Part shown: piece by piece, positions 25,491 through 39,949 of the stretch
Position numbering within the stretch: position 1 is the stretch's first letter
How the letters are laid out: each line of letters starts with the position of its first letter
Origin: Trichosphaerium sp. ATCC 40318
Taxonomy: Eukaryota; Protista; Tubulinea
Length of the DNA: 44,316 bases
Assembly: GCA_038496445.1 (NCBI GenBank)
Contig: JALMLS010000073.1
Span: forward strand, 1-44,316
Direction: 5' to 3'
The notes under the pieces: generated by a model
What the model saw: the letters and a program-made list of their open reading frames with translations, nothing else
Database searches by the model: none
Told to the model about the DNA's origin: nothing
Made by a program: the position numbers and the translations under genes

Positions 25491-26328
25491 TTGTATTTGT
25501 TTCCTGTACTAGAGTAGTACGTGAAGTGTATATGAGCTTTCCTGTATTGTGATTGGCACGAATTATATTGTTTTGTTTCGGTGTTCGCAGTTTGCTGAAG
25601 TATTAAGCCTGTTTTAGGGAGCTTCAGGAAAAAAACGCTCAGAAGGGTGATATGGTACATAAGTTTACCTGGATTGCTTCAAGCTATTTTCTTACATTCT
25701 GTGGCTAACAACGAACACGTGCACAAAATACCAAATCAAAGTTGGCAAATTCTGTAGAATGTTGTTTAAAACAATGTTACGAGCCATGGTGCTAAAAAGA
25801 AAGAATAATCAGCTACGGTATCGTTGTGAAATAGACCTTTGTGTTGTGCACTGGCGTATTTATTAGGTAGGGGTTCTACATAATGAGAATAAACTATAAA
25901 GTCAAACGTTGCAAGCACTACTTTCAAATAAGTCACATGATTCTATCTAAGGTGATGAGGAAGTTCCTGGTTGTTTACGGAAATATTATTGCCCTAGTAT
26001 TCGGTTCTATTACAAACAGACATATCACGGGACTGCACGGTTGTTGTACTCTAAGAAAAATGATGCTAAAAACAGGTTTAGTAAACGTTTGATGACGATT
26101 CTTTATCATGTACATACGAGTGGATACAAGTAAATAACAATCAAAGTATCGCATGAAACAGTTTTATTTGGATAGCGTTTGTGTAACAGATTTTCCTACA
26201 ACTCTAAAAAAGGAAAAAAAAGCGTTGTTTGCTACTACAAGATACTTTTATTTACAAGAAGGACAGCGAATGTATGGCCGTTAATATAATACAACTATGT
26301 ACATTGGAGCTACGGAACAAATAGAAAA

Positions 26329-27134
26329 CTAGCAGTGTGTGTATTGAGTGAACTCAAATTTGCGCTGAAGCGGTTGTAGAGGAGGCATTGGCTGTGAATC
26401 TGCCTGGTAAGGGCTTCCAAACTGCCAACTGCAATGTACATTGTAGAAATTATCTTTTGTGTCATTCGAAGATGAAACAGCAACAGTATTCACTTCACTG
26501 CTGTTCCTTGATCTATTTGCTGCTGTCTTTATCTGCTTAGCTATCTTCTCTTTAATGTCTTTAGGTTTAATGATATGAAAGACAGCTTGTGGCCGTCCAG
26601 TTCTCTTTTTCTTTATAATCTGTCCGGACTTTATATTTGTAAAGGAACATACTATTCGCTTTCGTTTTGGTTTAAACTCAGAATTCTTCAAAAGTTGTGG
26701 GTTTTTAGAACAAGCTGAACGTGTAGCGTATCCACTGTCACTTCTCACCAATGTTTGTGCTAAGATGTTACTATTTGAAAGTGATTAGTTACGATACAAA
26801 TGGAGAAAAACCAAGAAAAGTCGAAATCCAAAAAAAAGGAGCCGAATGTTCCGAAAAAAAAAGATTGAGGATTGTTACGAAAGGGTTTTTTTGTCTTGCA
26901 ATGAGCGCGTGGTATATAGAATAAGACTTAAACGTACTGTGGAAGACGTGGCTGGTTGACTGAATGGTTTAGAGGTAATTTGATTGTAAGCACTTTAGGT
27001 ACTTGTTGTACAACAGGCTTGGTGTTTTTGTTGTCGTTCGTTGAGCATACTTTGTACGGTACGAAAAGTCGTGTTTGTTTCGGTTTAATACCTTCTACAG
27101 TAGTATCTACGTTTAATATGCTTCTTATATCCAT
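26329..27134 (-). CDS. Hypothetical basic, low-complexity protein (possibly nuclear), 2 exons
   Basis: MDIRSILN.. exon joins by a GT-AG intron (~26770-26935) in frame to the 140-aa ORF, which has K/R clusters (KPKRKR, KKKRTGRP). Confidence 0.55.
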
Positions 27135-27990
27135 CTTACGTAAAACAGGTGAGAGTTGTTGCAAAAGGGATATGAAAGAGGCTTGATTTGAAGGTATTTC
27201 CTTATTAGCGACTTCCAAAAAAAGCCGAAAAACTATCCATATGGGAAGTACCCAACTTACATCCCGAAGTCGTAAAATACGTTGTTTAACATGACTAGAT
27301 TCTTTATTCGCTTCTTAAGAAAATATTGTATACTACGCGAGTAACCGGAACACTGAATTATTTTTTTCTTTTAGGATTGCCTTAAATTCCTTAGCTGGTT
27401 ATTGTACTTCCTCTTGCTGTTAAGTAGGTGCTATTACGAATCCTTTTAAGGAATAAACTGCCGAAAGTATCCTTTTTGTTTTAAAATGTTAACCAACGCA
27501 ACTCATAGTAAGTAATGATATCTAAAAACAAGACAGTCAAAGTGAATGTTGGAGCAAGAAAAAAACTGACTTGTCCAAAAAAAGTTTAGTTAATTCCATT
27601 TTTGTAAAGTAGTAGTACTACCGACAAAAAGAAGAGAATAGACGAGTACTATCGTACATACTACTTACTGAGCATTGTATCTAGCGACAACAGAGGTTAA
27701 TTTAGAGCTAACGTAGGTTGTATTTAAAGATTTCTCCATTTGAACATAGATTCGCTGTATGAACCATCTTATTCTCTTGAATTCCTCTATACAATTATGG
27801 AGAAACTATATTGGAAAGCGTTTATACTACTTGTAGTTTAGGGAAAGCCGAAAAAAAAGGAATCTTTACTAAAATTACATAAATTTCTTCTTCGCTTTAC
27901 AATTATCTAACAAAAAAAGGGTTGCAACACAAACACGTGTGGTGACTTTACATGGGTGTCGGTGGATTTTTTTTTGTTTTTTTTGTTCGT

Positions 27991-30286
<2,296 letters not shown>

Positions 30287-30482
30287 CTTGTTGAGCGAAT
30301 AATAACCTCCTTTAACCCTTTTGGTATCTTCGGTTGAAATCTCCGCTTTTCTTCGTCAAGTTAAATAAAACTCACCGAAACTAGAGTTATTGGCGTACTT
30401 TTGGCTCAGTGTGGCTGTTGGAAATAATGGGCGGTTAAGTCAAGCAGGGAGAAACGCGTTTGCACAAGAAGAATAGCGCAGT

Positions 30483-32226
30483 ATGCGATTTGGGCGTAGG
30501 TGGTACCATTGCTCGTGCACTGTGAGGATAAGAAAGGTGGGCATAGTTGGTATGGGTTTTGTTTCAGCGATCAACCATCTAAAACCACTTTAGGTATGCC
30601 GAATATCGGTAAATCAACGTTGTTCAATTCTTTGGTGGGAAGCCAGGTAATATTATGCCTTACATCGTATATAACCATAATTTGAGTTACTAAAACGCAT
30701 GTTAGATGGCGCGAAACGAAAATTTTCCGTTTTGTACTATTAAACCAAACATTGCGCGGATTGCGGTACCGGACGTGCGTTTAAACCACATAGCAAAGTG
30801 CGAGGGAGCTTCTTCAGTTGATGTAGCCAGAATCGTACGCAATATACGTTGAAAATAGTCTAAATCGTAACAGGAGGTGATTGGTAGGTAACTTGTTTCA
30901 TTTCCCGTTTTCAAAAGTCAGTACGTCTTTTTCTAACGCTAAAAAATTCCCCAGACATCGCAGGGCTCATTCGCGGTGCTGCAGAAGGCCTTGGCTTGGG
31001 TAATCAGTTCCTATCTGAAATAGCACGGGTAGATGCCATCTTGCATCTTGTACGTTGGGCTCCAATGTAGTTTGTTGTGATTTGTTGATTTACGAACTAG
31101 GTGCGTTGTTTCAAAGGACATAATGTACCACATGTAGATGAAGAAGTACGCAGTGATCGTGTTAGGATTATGTGACTCTTATACGTTTAGGTAGACCCTG
31201 TTCGGTGCGGTTTTTTTTAAGAATGATTTGGAGTAATGTATGCATAAGTGACATCAATACAATTAATCATGAACTGGCGCAGAAGGATATAGCTATTGTT
31301 GAAAACTTACTAAAGAAACCTCAGCAAGCTGCAACTGTATGACCGTTCATGTCACGTGTTGCAACACTAAATTAATTAAATACCACCATAGGCATCTAAT
31401 CTGGATCCAAAGACCTTCCGCAAGCTACTGGAGCGCACTCTTGTTGGTATGTATTTGCATTTATAGGGTAGATAAACTAAAGTGGTTTAGAGCTCGAGGA
31501 AGATACCCTTTCAAACAATCTACTATCACACGGGGAGGTAGAACAAAGCATTTTACGATCTTTGAATTTGTTGTCTGCAAAACCAATGTTGTATTGTCTT
31601 AATGTTGGAGTACGTATAACAAAGGGCCTTTATCTTATCTGTTTCTTATAAACTTGTTCATTAGGAGGAAGATGTGCAAGGTAATGATTTAACTAAAACA
31701 GCACATGAGTACATAAGTAAGACTGGCAGAACGTCAGTAATTGTTAGTGCTAAAATAGACGCTGATATTGCTTCAATACAAGGTATGGAGTATACTATTG
31801 TAGTGACAAGTTTTGTTAATTTTTTTTGTTTAAATAGATGCTACTGAAGCTAAAGAGCTTGCGAAAGAATTCGGATTAGAGCAAGTAGCTTTAGATAATA
31901 TAACACAAAAGCTTTATAAAGTACTGGATTTAATCACGTTTTATACAATCAAAGGCGATAAAATTGGAGGTAAGTAGTGTTATTTAACCGTATCGTCACA
32001 TCTATATCTAGGTTGGCAAGTTGTTAAAGGAACAAATGCGAGGAACTGTGCTGGAGAAATTCACACAGATTTCAAAAAAGATTTTCGTCGTGCAAATGTT
32101 GTCAATTACAAGACTTATCTAAAGTTTGATGGATTCCGGGATGTTGCTCAGCAGCGTAGATTACGTAGTGTTAATGGGGAACATCGCGTTGAAGATGGTG
32201 ATATACTATCAATCGAGACACGATAG
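30483..32226 (+). CDS. ychF: Obg-family YchF/OLA1 ATPase, probably organellar (Ylf2-like)
   Basis: [65 protein letters not shown], and TGS-domain [14 protein letters not shown]. Short Arg-rich N-terminal extension. Confidence 0.9.
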
Positions 32227-32535
32227 TTTTTTTTTTTTGTACAGTAAAATAAAATTTCTTCGACGGATCATTTGACATGAACCTTCATTATCGTAGCACT
32301 CTTGCTTCCTCCGTTGTCTCTTTATGTTTTATTGGCTTGCACTACATAGATTGAACACTTAATCCTGCACTTAGGTGTTTCGTAGGACTGTGAAACAGAT
32401 ATTCACAAGGCATTTGAAAATCTGGGCTCAATCAAAAAAGTCAACGATGTTATTTGGCGCAGAATTCACGTAACGACATTTCGGTTTTTTTGACCACTTC
32501 ACACAAATATTTGAGAACGACAAAACTGGTGAAGC

Positions 32536-33614
32536 ATGAGGCTCTTCGGTAAAGCAAAGAAAGCGCCACCACCATCAGACTCAATAAATAAGCTTCGCGA
32601 TACCCAACGTATGTTGGAGAAGCGCGAAGCTTTCCTTGAGAAGAAAGCCGAGGCTGAAAGAGCCAAAGCAAAAGAAAATGCTTCAAAAAATCGTCGTGGT
32701 ACGTACCCTAACTGTTACAATGCTCTATGGCAGCAATTTGTCGATTACAAACCATTTTGTTACACTTATTGAATTACTCATCAGTTATATCATAATATTT
32801 CGTCTAATAACCCTGTAGTGGCATTAATGGCCTTGAGAAGGAAGCGAATGTACGACAGTCAAATAGAAAAGTTAGGCGCAGCTCGAATGACTATAGAAAC
32901 ACAAGTTATGGCTATTGAGTCAGCTACAGCTAATTTTGCCGCCTTGGATGCAATGCGTACAGGAAGCTCCGCATTACGGCAGTTATCCCGTGGAATGTAC
33001 GCACAAAGCCTTTAAAATTCCATCAAGACGTTTAAACGTGTAAATACATCAAAACGACTTTTTTTTCCACCAAATCGCTCACAATATCCTTGTGGCCTCT
33101 ATTTCGCTCTTCAAAACAATTTTTTTGTAAATTCCACCACAAGTTTTTGGTAATAATCGTTAAATAGGGACGTCACTGACGTAGAAGATACATTAGAAGA
33201 TATTCGAGAGCAGATGGAAGTCGCTAACGAGATTGGTACAACACAAGCGCTGTTTTAGTATTTTTTGCTTATTTTTTCCTTCTTCTAGGTGACGCGATAG
33301 CACAACCACTGGACGGCTTAGGCATTGACGATGATGATCTTGAGAAAGAATTAGATGAGTTAGAACAGCAACGCCTTGATGAAGAGTTATTGGGCGCCGG
33401 TACTGTTCCTCAAAATCATGTGGCGGCACCAGTGGATGATATGCAACGTACGTTTCGTTTTTTGAATTATTTTTTTTTCTCGTTTCTAGTTTTTTACATG
33501 TTGATTGTTAATGGCTTTTATTTAGTTCCTGATGTACCTGATACACAACCTTCTCTTGACAAGGACGCTGAGGCTGAATTACGTGCTTTGGAGCAAGAAA
33601 TGGCTTTCACTTAA
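32536..33614 (+). CDS. SNF7: ESCRT-III subunit Snf7/Vps32/CHMP4
   Basis: MRLFGKAKK..INKLRDTQRMLEKREAFLEKK..KNRR|.ALMALRRKRMYDSQIEKL..EIGDAIAQP..IDDDDLEKELDELEQ..EAELRALEQEMAFT*. Confidence 0.93.
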
Positions 33615-34230
33615 AAAATGAAATCCTAAATTTGTTTTACTTGCTTAATCTTTGCTCGTCGTGTACATACAAGCTCTGTCTTGCCAATACCTCTTTTATA
33701 AAAAAAAACCTTTAAGACAACAAAATATTTCGCCTTTTTCAAATGGAGGCCGTGTAGTTCAGAAAATAAAGTTCAAAAACAAAAGAATGTGTTTAAATAC
33801 ATAGACTGAAGAAGTAGTTGCTGGTTACATAGTAATTTAGTTTAGCCATTCGACAGAGCTACACAAGTGTATCATCGTCTTGATACAATTTTATCAAAAG
33901 CCACAAACGACTTATACTCTAGGGAACTCTAGGGAACAACAGCTAAGTGCAGGAACTATTTCATTAGACATTTGGTTGGCCAATGGTTTAATAAATTGTT
34001 AAATACGCTACCAGGTTTACTTGGTAGCTAAGATGAGACCGATTTTGGCAAAAAGAGTCTGTAAGAACATCATTAAAAAAAAGAACTTTGTGTTCGTTAA
34101 CAGCGCAAATACACTACCTGAGGCATTACAATGTTCTAGGTGTTTTTGAAATAGATTAACAAAGAGCTAACTGACAGATAAACCGTTTATTTTTAAAACA
34201 ATCACGTGTTCGAATCGGCATAAGCTAGTT

Positions 34231-34577
34231 TTATTTGCTCGCGTATGCGATGTACTCGTCGAGAGTAATAGCGCCCTAAAAGGTCTTTTTTTAGCTACTA
34301 ACAAATCGTTGTAGTTGTTAAAGGTACGCACGTCCTTATTGGTATCTACAGCTTCGAAAGCTACCTTTGCCATTGGTTTAATGTCTGCTTCATCAACACC
34401 ACATTTTTTGAGCATCTAGTTGATGGTATTAGCGATACAACGTTGAAGGCATAGAAATACAATCACTCATACAGCTTCGAGTTCTTCTGGTGTTATTTTG
34501 CCGTCCTTGTTGGCATCTCCTTCTCTAAAACCTGCTTTTATTGTTTCTAACTGAGCTGCTGTTAACGTCTTTGCCAT
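34231..34577 (-). CDS. Small two-EF-hand calcium-binding protein (~77 aa, 3 exons)
   Basis: Loops DANKDGKITPEE and DTNKD|GAITLDE. Confidence 0.88.
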
Positions 34578-34913
34578 TGTAGTATTGTGTTAAACAGATC
34601 GATCTTTTATTAATACTGCTTTTGACTTTTTGCTCCACCTTACGACGGTCAGGTTTTTTCATTGAATTGTAAAACGCCGTGTCTATCTTTTTCCGATATC
34701 TCTAGACGGATTTAGAAACTGGCTTGCGTGTTCATTCGTGAAAGACGAAAATAGTTACCTTTTTCGGTGTGACTACATAGCTAGTTATTGACCTTACCCA
34801 CAAAGTTCTGTTAATAAGGTTGGATGTGATTACTCCAAATCCTGTTTGTTTATCTGCTAATGAAGAAAATGGGTAATGGTTTGAAACCTACCACTTTACT
34901 AACTAACACTCTC

Positions 34914-35775
34914 TTAGTCGAACTTTAGTGCCCAAGAATATGGTCTTCTCTCCTGTTTTATAAGAACGCCATGTTCGTATACTAACGTAGATTTGATACG
35001 CGATCTATACTGTATTTCTGTACCATGACGTTTGCCATGTAAATACGGAGTTAAACCTACCAGTTGACCATCAGAAGTCCCTTCTATCAGTCCCAATTTA
35101 TGGTTTGAATGCCAATACTTGAATGATCCGTGCATCAATCCGTTCTTGTATGATCCACTACTGGTTTTACATCCGCAAATATATTGTTCGTCCCTACCAT
35201 GTGGTATGTTACCAAGGAATTCTGTATATCTACGCTTATCAACGATATAAATAACTTTTTTGTTGATATTTTTCGTAAACCATAGCTTACTAGCCAACCA
35301 ACCAACTGAACTGTTCCAAGAATCTTGGTCATCATTGGAGTTGTAAGTACTAGTTTTAGAATCCCATTTTCCCAGTACACGGCCGTTTTTATACCTGATA
35401 AATTGTGCCACTACTCCGTATATGAACGTGCTGTTAACGCGCAAGCATCCATCACTGGACCACATCATACCCTCTCCATGGAGCTTCCCATTCTCATACG
35501 TAAATTTACTCTTTCTCTTGCCATTCTCATGCCACTCTTCGAATGTACCACACTTCTCAAAACGTAGATTGTATTTGCCAGATTCTAAAGCAGTTTTTTT
35601 ACATAGAAGATGTTGGACTTCTTTGAACTTCGGGTACAGGTCGGTGATATCTAAAATGAGTTCCGCAGGTAAACGCAGTAGTGGTGCACTAATAAGAATT
35701 AGCTGTCATTAATATTTGAACACGTGACCTCGTGGGTACTAGCAAATCAACTTGTGTTAGTATTTTCTTGTACAT
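34914..35775 (-). CDS. F-box-like N-terminus + MORN-variant (YwqK-type) repeat protein A
   Basis: The frame extends upstream of the called ORF: APLLRLPAELILDITDL...GTFEEWHENGKRKSKFTYENGKLHGEGMMW..YKNGLMHGSFKYWHSN..GKRHG. The first short exon and start are inferred. Confidence 0.7.
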
Positions 35776-36295
35776 CGTATCTGAAAAAAAGGAGGTGTGC
35801 TTCTCGAAGTTTGTCATTTCTGATAATGAATGATTTGACACAAAAAACTAGTGCACTTTCATTGTGCAGCACAAAAAACGATTTGTTCTACGAAACAAAA
35901 AAAAACACGTGAATGCTGGTTAGTAAACAAATGAACCAACTGACACGTGAAACATTGCTTCAAGTTGCTTTTAAAATCGTGACTTTACGTATAGTAAATG
36001 TGATCGACTTTTTGCAGTTTTGTTAGAAAAAAAGTTTGATTTTCCAACAGCCTGATAAGTTATTAGCCTCTATGTACTTATACGTATTACAGACGTTTTC
36101 AACTGTAACTGCATTAACTATACTACACCATGTGTGGATATTATGACATAGAGAATATTCCTGCAGTGACTGCAGTTGTCATACCAAGCTGATCCCCATT
36201 TTTAGTCCGCGCAACTTCCTCATTGGTTAACAACTAAGTTGACCTTTATTTGTAAGTTTACAGCAAATCATGTTACGTTTAGCAACAGCGCAGCA

Positions 36296-37438
36296 ATGCC
36301 GCACAACCAACTATATCCAAAACCGAGGTAAAATAGCTGTTTTACGTGATGCAAAACGGTATGAGCGCTGTTCCGGGTAAACAAGCTTACAAAACCCCTC
36401 TTGATCCAGGCGTAAATCGACACTACTACCAGACGATTTACTGTTGCCTTCTCCAAAAGACCCTGATAAGGCCGAAATATTACTCAACTCATTTTATAAG
36501 TTGTGTAGTTACCACCATACTTACTTTCAAAATGGTGACGCCAAATTAGAAGAAAACGTGTTCGAAACAGCTAGGAAGCTGTATTTGGACTGTAGACATA
36601 ATCAAATAGCCTACAGTATCGCCACAGGTCAACCAAGTTCGCTTTTGTGCGCAAGGAAGAATGTTCTCAACGCTCAAGCAATTGAACCGAAATCAAGCGA
36701 CCATTTCGGGTTCTTCAGAAACTTCTCTAATAACAGTGCTATAGCCCTCAGGCTCTCCGGCAATGGTTCCAAGGAGAAGCCATTTATTTCAACTTCAGGT
36801 ACCTACATTCGTTTTGTTTATCAAAACACGTGATAGAACAAAAGACGCATGGCCGTTCTCAAGATTCTCTTATTCAGCCTTGTTTATTGATTGCTTTTAG
36901 CTGGTGGGGAACAGCAATTATTGCACTTATTATTTGGAGAACGTAGTTGGACCAAACAGTCTCTTGTAGAAGACAAAACACCTGAAGGAAGACCGACTTT
37001 CCATGATGTATTTGACATGAAAGATGGAAGTAAATTGCACTTTGATATCAGTGATACTTTCTACACTGTCATGTATCCTCATACAAAACCTAAAGATTTA
37101 GTTTATGATCCCAAGTATGACACAATGATAGAGCCCTTGCTTCGAGAACCTACTGACAACGAGCTACAAAAAGTACTAAACTTTGTTAAAAGTGATGATG
37201 CCGTTCTAGCTAAAAGGGCTTTGGGTGTGAGCTACTCGTTTGTCAATGGTGCAATGTACTTGATGGTGAGTTATTAGTACTTTCTAAAATGTTTCTTGTT
37301 TAATTCTCATTACTAATTACTTTATTCTAACAGGGTGCGCCCACAACAACTCCACTACTACCAAGAGAAAAATTTCTTCCCTCTTATCTTCAGATTAAAA
37401 CAAATGGACTTGAGGCGGACCTACTACAGATTGTGTAA
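36296..37438 (+). CDS. Hypothetical protein (4 exons) with a bacterial-like SGxGSxExP...QSL...D...FDIS segment
   Basis: Exons join in frame via GT-AG introns: MPHNQLYPKPR|..LSGNGSKEKPFISTS|AGGEQQLL..WTKQSLV..FHDVFD..LHFDIS..|GAPT..LQIV*. Confidence 0.7.
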
Positions 37439-38034
37439 CCTAAAGTACATATTACCACCAACATAATTTCTACATTAATAAAGTGGACTCATTTTGTTAC
37501 CTTGTACGCTGAAGCCTACTAAACAATGACGGAATACATAAAAAGTACTTCTTGTGATTAATTCCTTACCATCAAAATGGAATATACACTCCAGCATTAT
37601 AAGGATGTGCCGCTTTGCAGCTGCGCTAGCAGTCAAGACCACCTCCTTACATGACTAGTCCATTGTCACACCAAACTAAGTATTATAATACTTTGAAACT
37701 TTAGTTCTCATGCAACGCCTTCAACTCTACATGTTGCTAGTATCTATTGCTGTAAACTCAAAAGCTGCGGTAGGGGATGTAAATTAAATATTGTGATAAA
37801 TACACGCTAGATTACGCGCACGTGCTTTTTTAAAAGGAAGGGAAAAAAAAAGCTCGCCAATCAAAATGATAGTATCAGAATGTGCGGTTTCACATTATTT
37901 AGAAGCGTACTAGACCATTCATAACTCGGACAAGTTACTCAAGGATCTGTATTGAAAATTACGGGAATGACGTAAGTTGACTTATATACTAACCTTACAC
38001 GTGTAACCGCGACGGTTTGTTTATTTTATTTAGA

Positions 38035-39510
38035 ATGCTCAATACTCCCAATGCTATCGCGTACAAGGTACCAGAATCTTTTAAAGCGCAAGAGTACCTA
38101 ACAATAAATAAATAGAGATTTAATGCGCAATCAGATGATTGCTATCTACTACACCTTCCAGTCGAGATTCAACTTGATATTATCGATTTGGACTCATTTG
38201 TGTATTTAATTTGGCCACTGCTTTCAAAACAAGCGGCAATGACCACAAGGTTCGATGATAAGATGAACAAGCATGGGAAATGGAAGAAACCAATATACAA
38301 CAGGCAGTACCGACGAAGAGATAACAAGCCAAAAGAGCAAGAACAGTGGAACCATGGTATACGAGATGGAAAATACAGGAAATGGTATGATAGTGGCCAA
38401 TTGATGAAACAGTATACTTACATTGACGGTAAACGAGAAGGAGAATACAAGCGATGGCATAGAAACGGCCAATTGAGGAGCCAGTGTAATTACATTGATG
38501 GCAAACGAGAAGGAGAAAACAAGCAATGGGTTGACAATGGTCAATTGTGGATGCAATCTAATTACATCAATGGTATACGCAACGGAGAATGCAAGGAATG
38601 GTATGGCAATGGACAATTGAAGAAGCAATATAATTACATCAATGGAAGACACAACGGGGAATACAAGGAATGGTATGATATTGGTCAATTGATGAGACAA
38701 TATAGTTACATTGACGGTAAACAAGAAGGAGAATACAAGCAATGGAACAAAAATGGCATATTGTGGGCACATTGTAATTACTCTAATGATAAATACAACG
38801 GAGAATACAAGGATTGGCATGACAATGGGCAATTAGAGGTGCAGTGTAATTATATAAATGGTAAAGTCAATGGAGAATACAAGCGATGGTATGACAATGG
38901 CCAATTAGAGATTCAGTGTAATTATATAAATGGTAAAGTCAACGGAGAATACAAGCGATGGTTTGACAATAGCCAATTGGAGTTACATTGTAATTACACC
39001 AATGGTGAATGTAACGGAGAATACAAGGAATGGCATGACAATGGCCAATTGGAGAAGCAGTGTAATGTCACCAATGGTAAAAATAATGGAGAATACAAGG
39101 AATGGTATGACAATGGCCACATGATGGTACACTGTAATTACAATAATGGTAAATGTGACGGAGAATACAAGGAATGGTATGACAATGGCCACATGATGGT
39201 ACACTGTAATTACAATAATGGTAAATGTGACGGAGAATACAAGGAATGGTATAAAAATGGGCAATTAGAGGGGCAATATACTTTTATAAATGGTATCCTA
39301 GAAGAAGAATACAAGAAATGGTATGAAAATGGCCACTTGAAGGAGCAGTATAATATAATAAATGGCAAAAAAGAAGGAGAATACAAGGAATGGAATGAAA
39401 ATGGCCAAATGGAGAGGAGTGCAATTTATATAAATGGAAATTCAGTAAAATACAAGTCATGGGATGAAAATGGCCAAATGAAAGAGCACTATGATGAAAT
39501 AGATGATTAA
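38035..39510 (+). CDS. F-box-like N-terminus + ~17 MORN-variant (24-aa) repeats, protein B
   Basis: MLNTPNAIAYK|RFNAQSDDCYLLHLPVEIQLDIIDL.. followed by repeats GEYKEWYDNGQLxxQCNYINGKxN. Confidence 0.85.
39088..39252 (+). repeat. Exact 72-bp tandem duplication (~2.3 copies) within the MORN-variant array
   Basis: GGAGAATACAAGGAATGGTATGACAATGGCCACATGATGGTACACTGTAATTACAATAATGGTAAATGTGAC occurs at 39088 and 39160, with a partial copy at 39232. Confidence 0.95.
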
Positions 39511-39949
39511 AACAGAGAACAGAAGAAATGGTATAGAGGCTATTAAGTTGTATAAATGACGAACTACAAGAAATATGAGAAGAAAACAAGAAATAACAAC
39601 AGCCTTGTTCATGTGATGTTGCTTGTCGATTGTTTTGTTCTCAAATTGTTTTTTTGGAATCTCACGTTTATCTTTGAGCCAACCAAGTTATTATTAATCT
39701 AGGACCTAGCCAAAATTGTAATTTACATGAAAACATTCTACTCTGCGACGTCACTGAAACTTGTGTGAAATTGTAACTACTGGTAGTTGTTGTCTCTAGG
39801 TAACATCACCTGTAGTTCAGGGGCTGATTTACCGTCTTGATCATAGCTAGGTGTTCGTTGTTCCAGGTATTCTAGTAGCCATAAAAAGTCATTAATTATT
39901 ATTAATGTCTGCGCTTGATTTGCTCAGATCAAAAAAAATGAAAGAAATA

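Noticed and set aside
25550-26120. Possible plus-strand spliced gene
   Set aside because: Only isolated open segments. No consistent model or motif.
34205-34225. GTTCGAATC resembling a tRNA T-loop
   Set aside because: No flanking stem or cloverleaf. It lies in the EF-hand gene's 3' flank.
38350-39480. 72-bp periodic array considered as CRISPR-like
   Set aside because: It is an in-frame protein repeat with no unique spacers and no cas genes, in eukaryotic DNA.
38224-39589. Long minus-strand hydrophobic ORFs (202, 93 and 101 aa)
   Set aside because: They are antisense shadows of the MORN-variant repeat gene.
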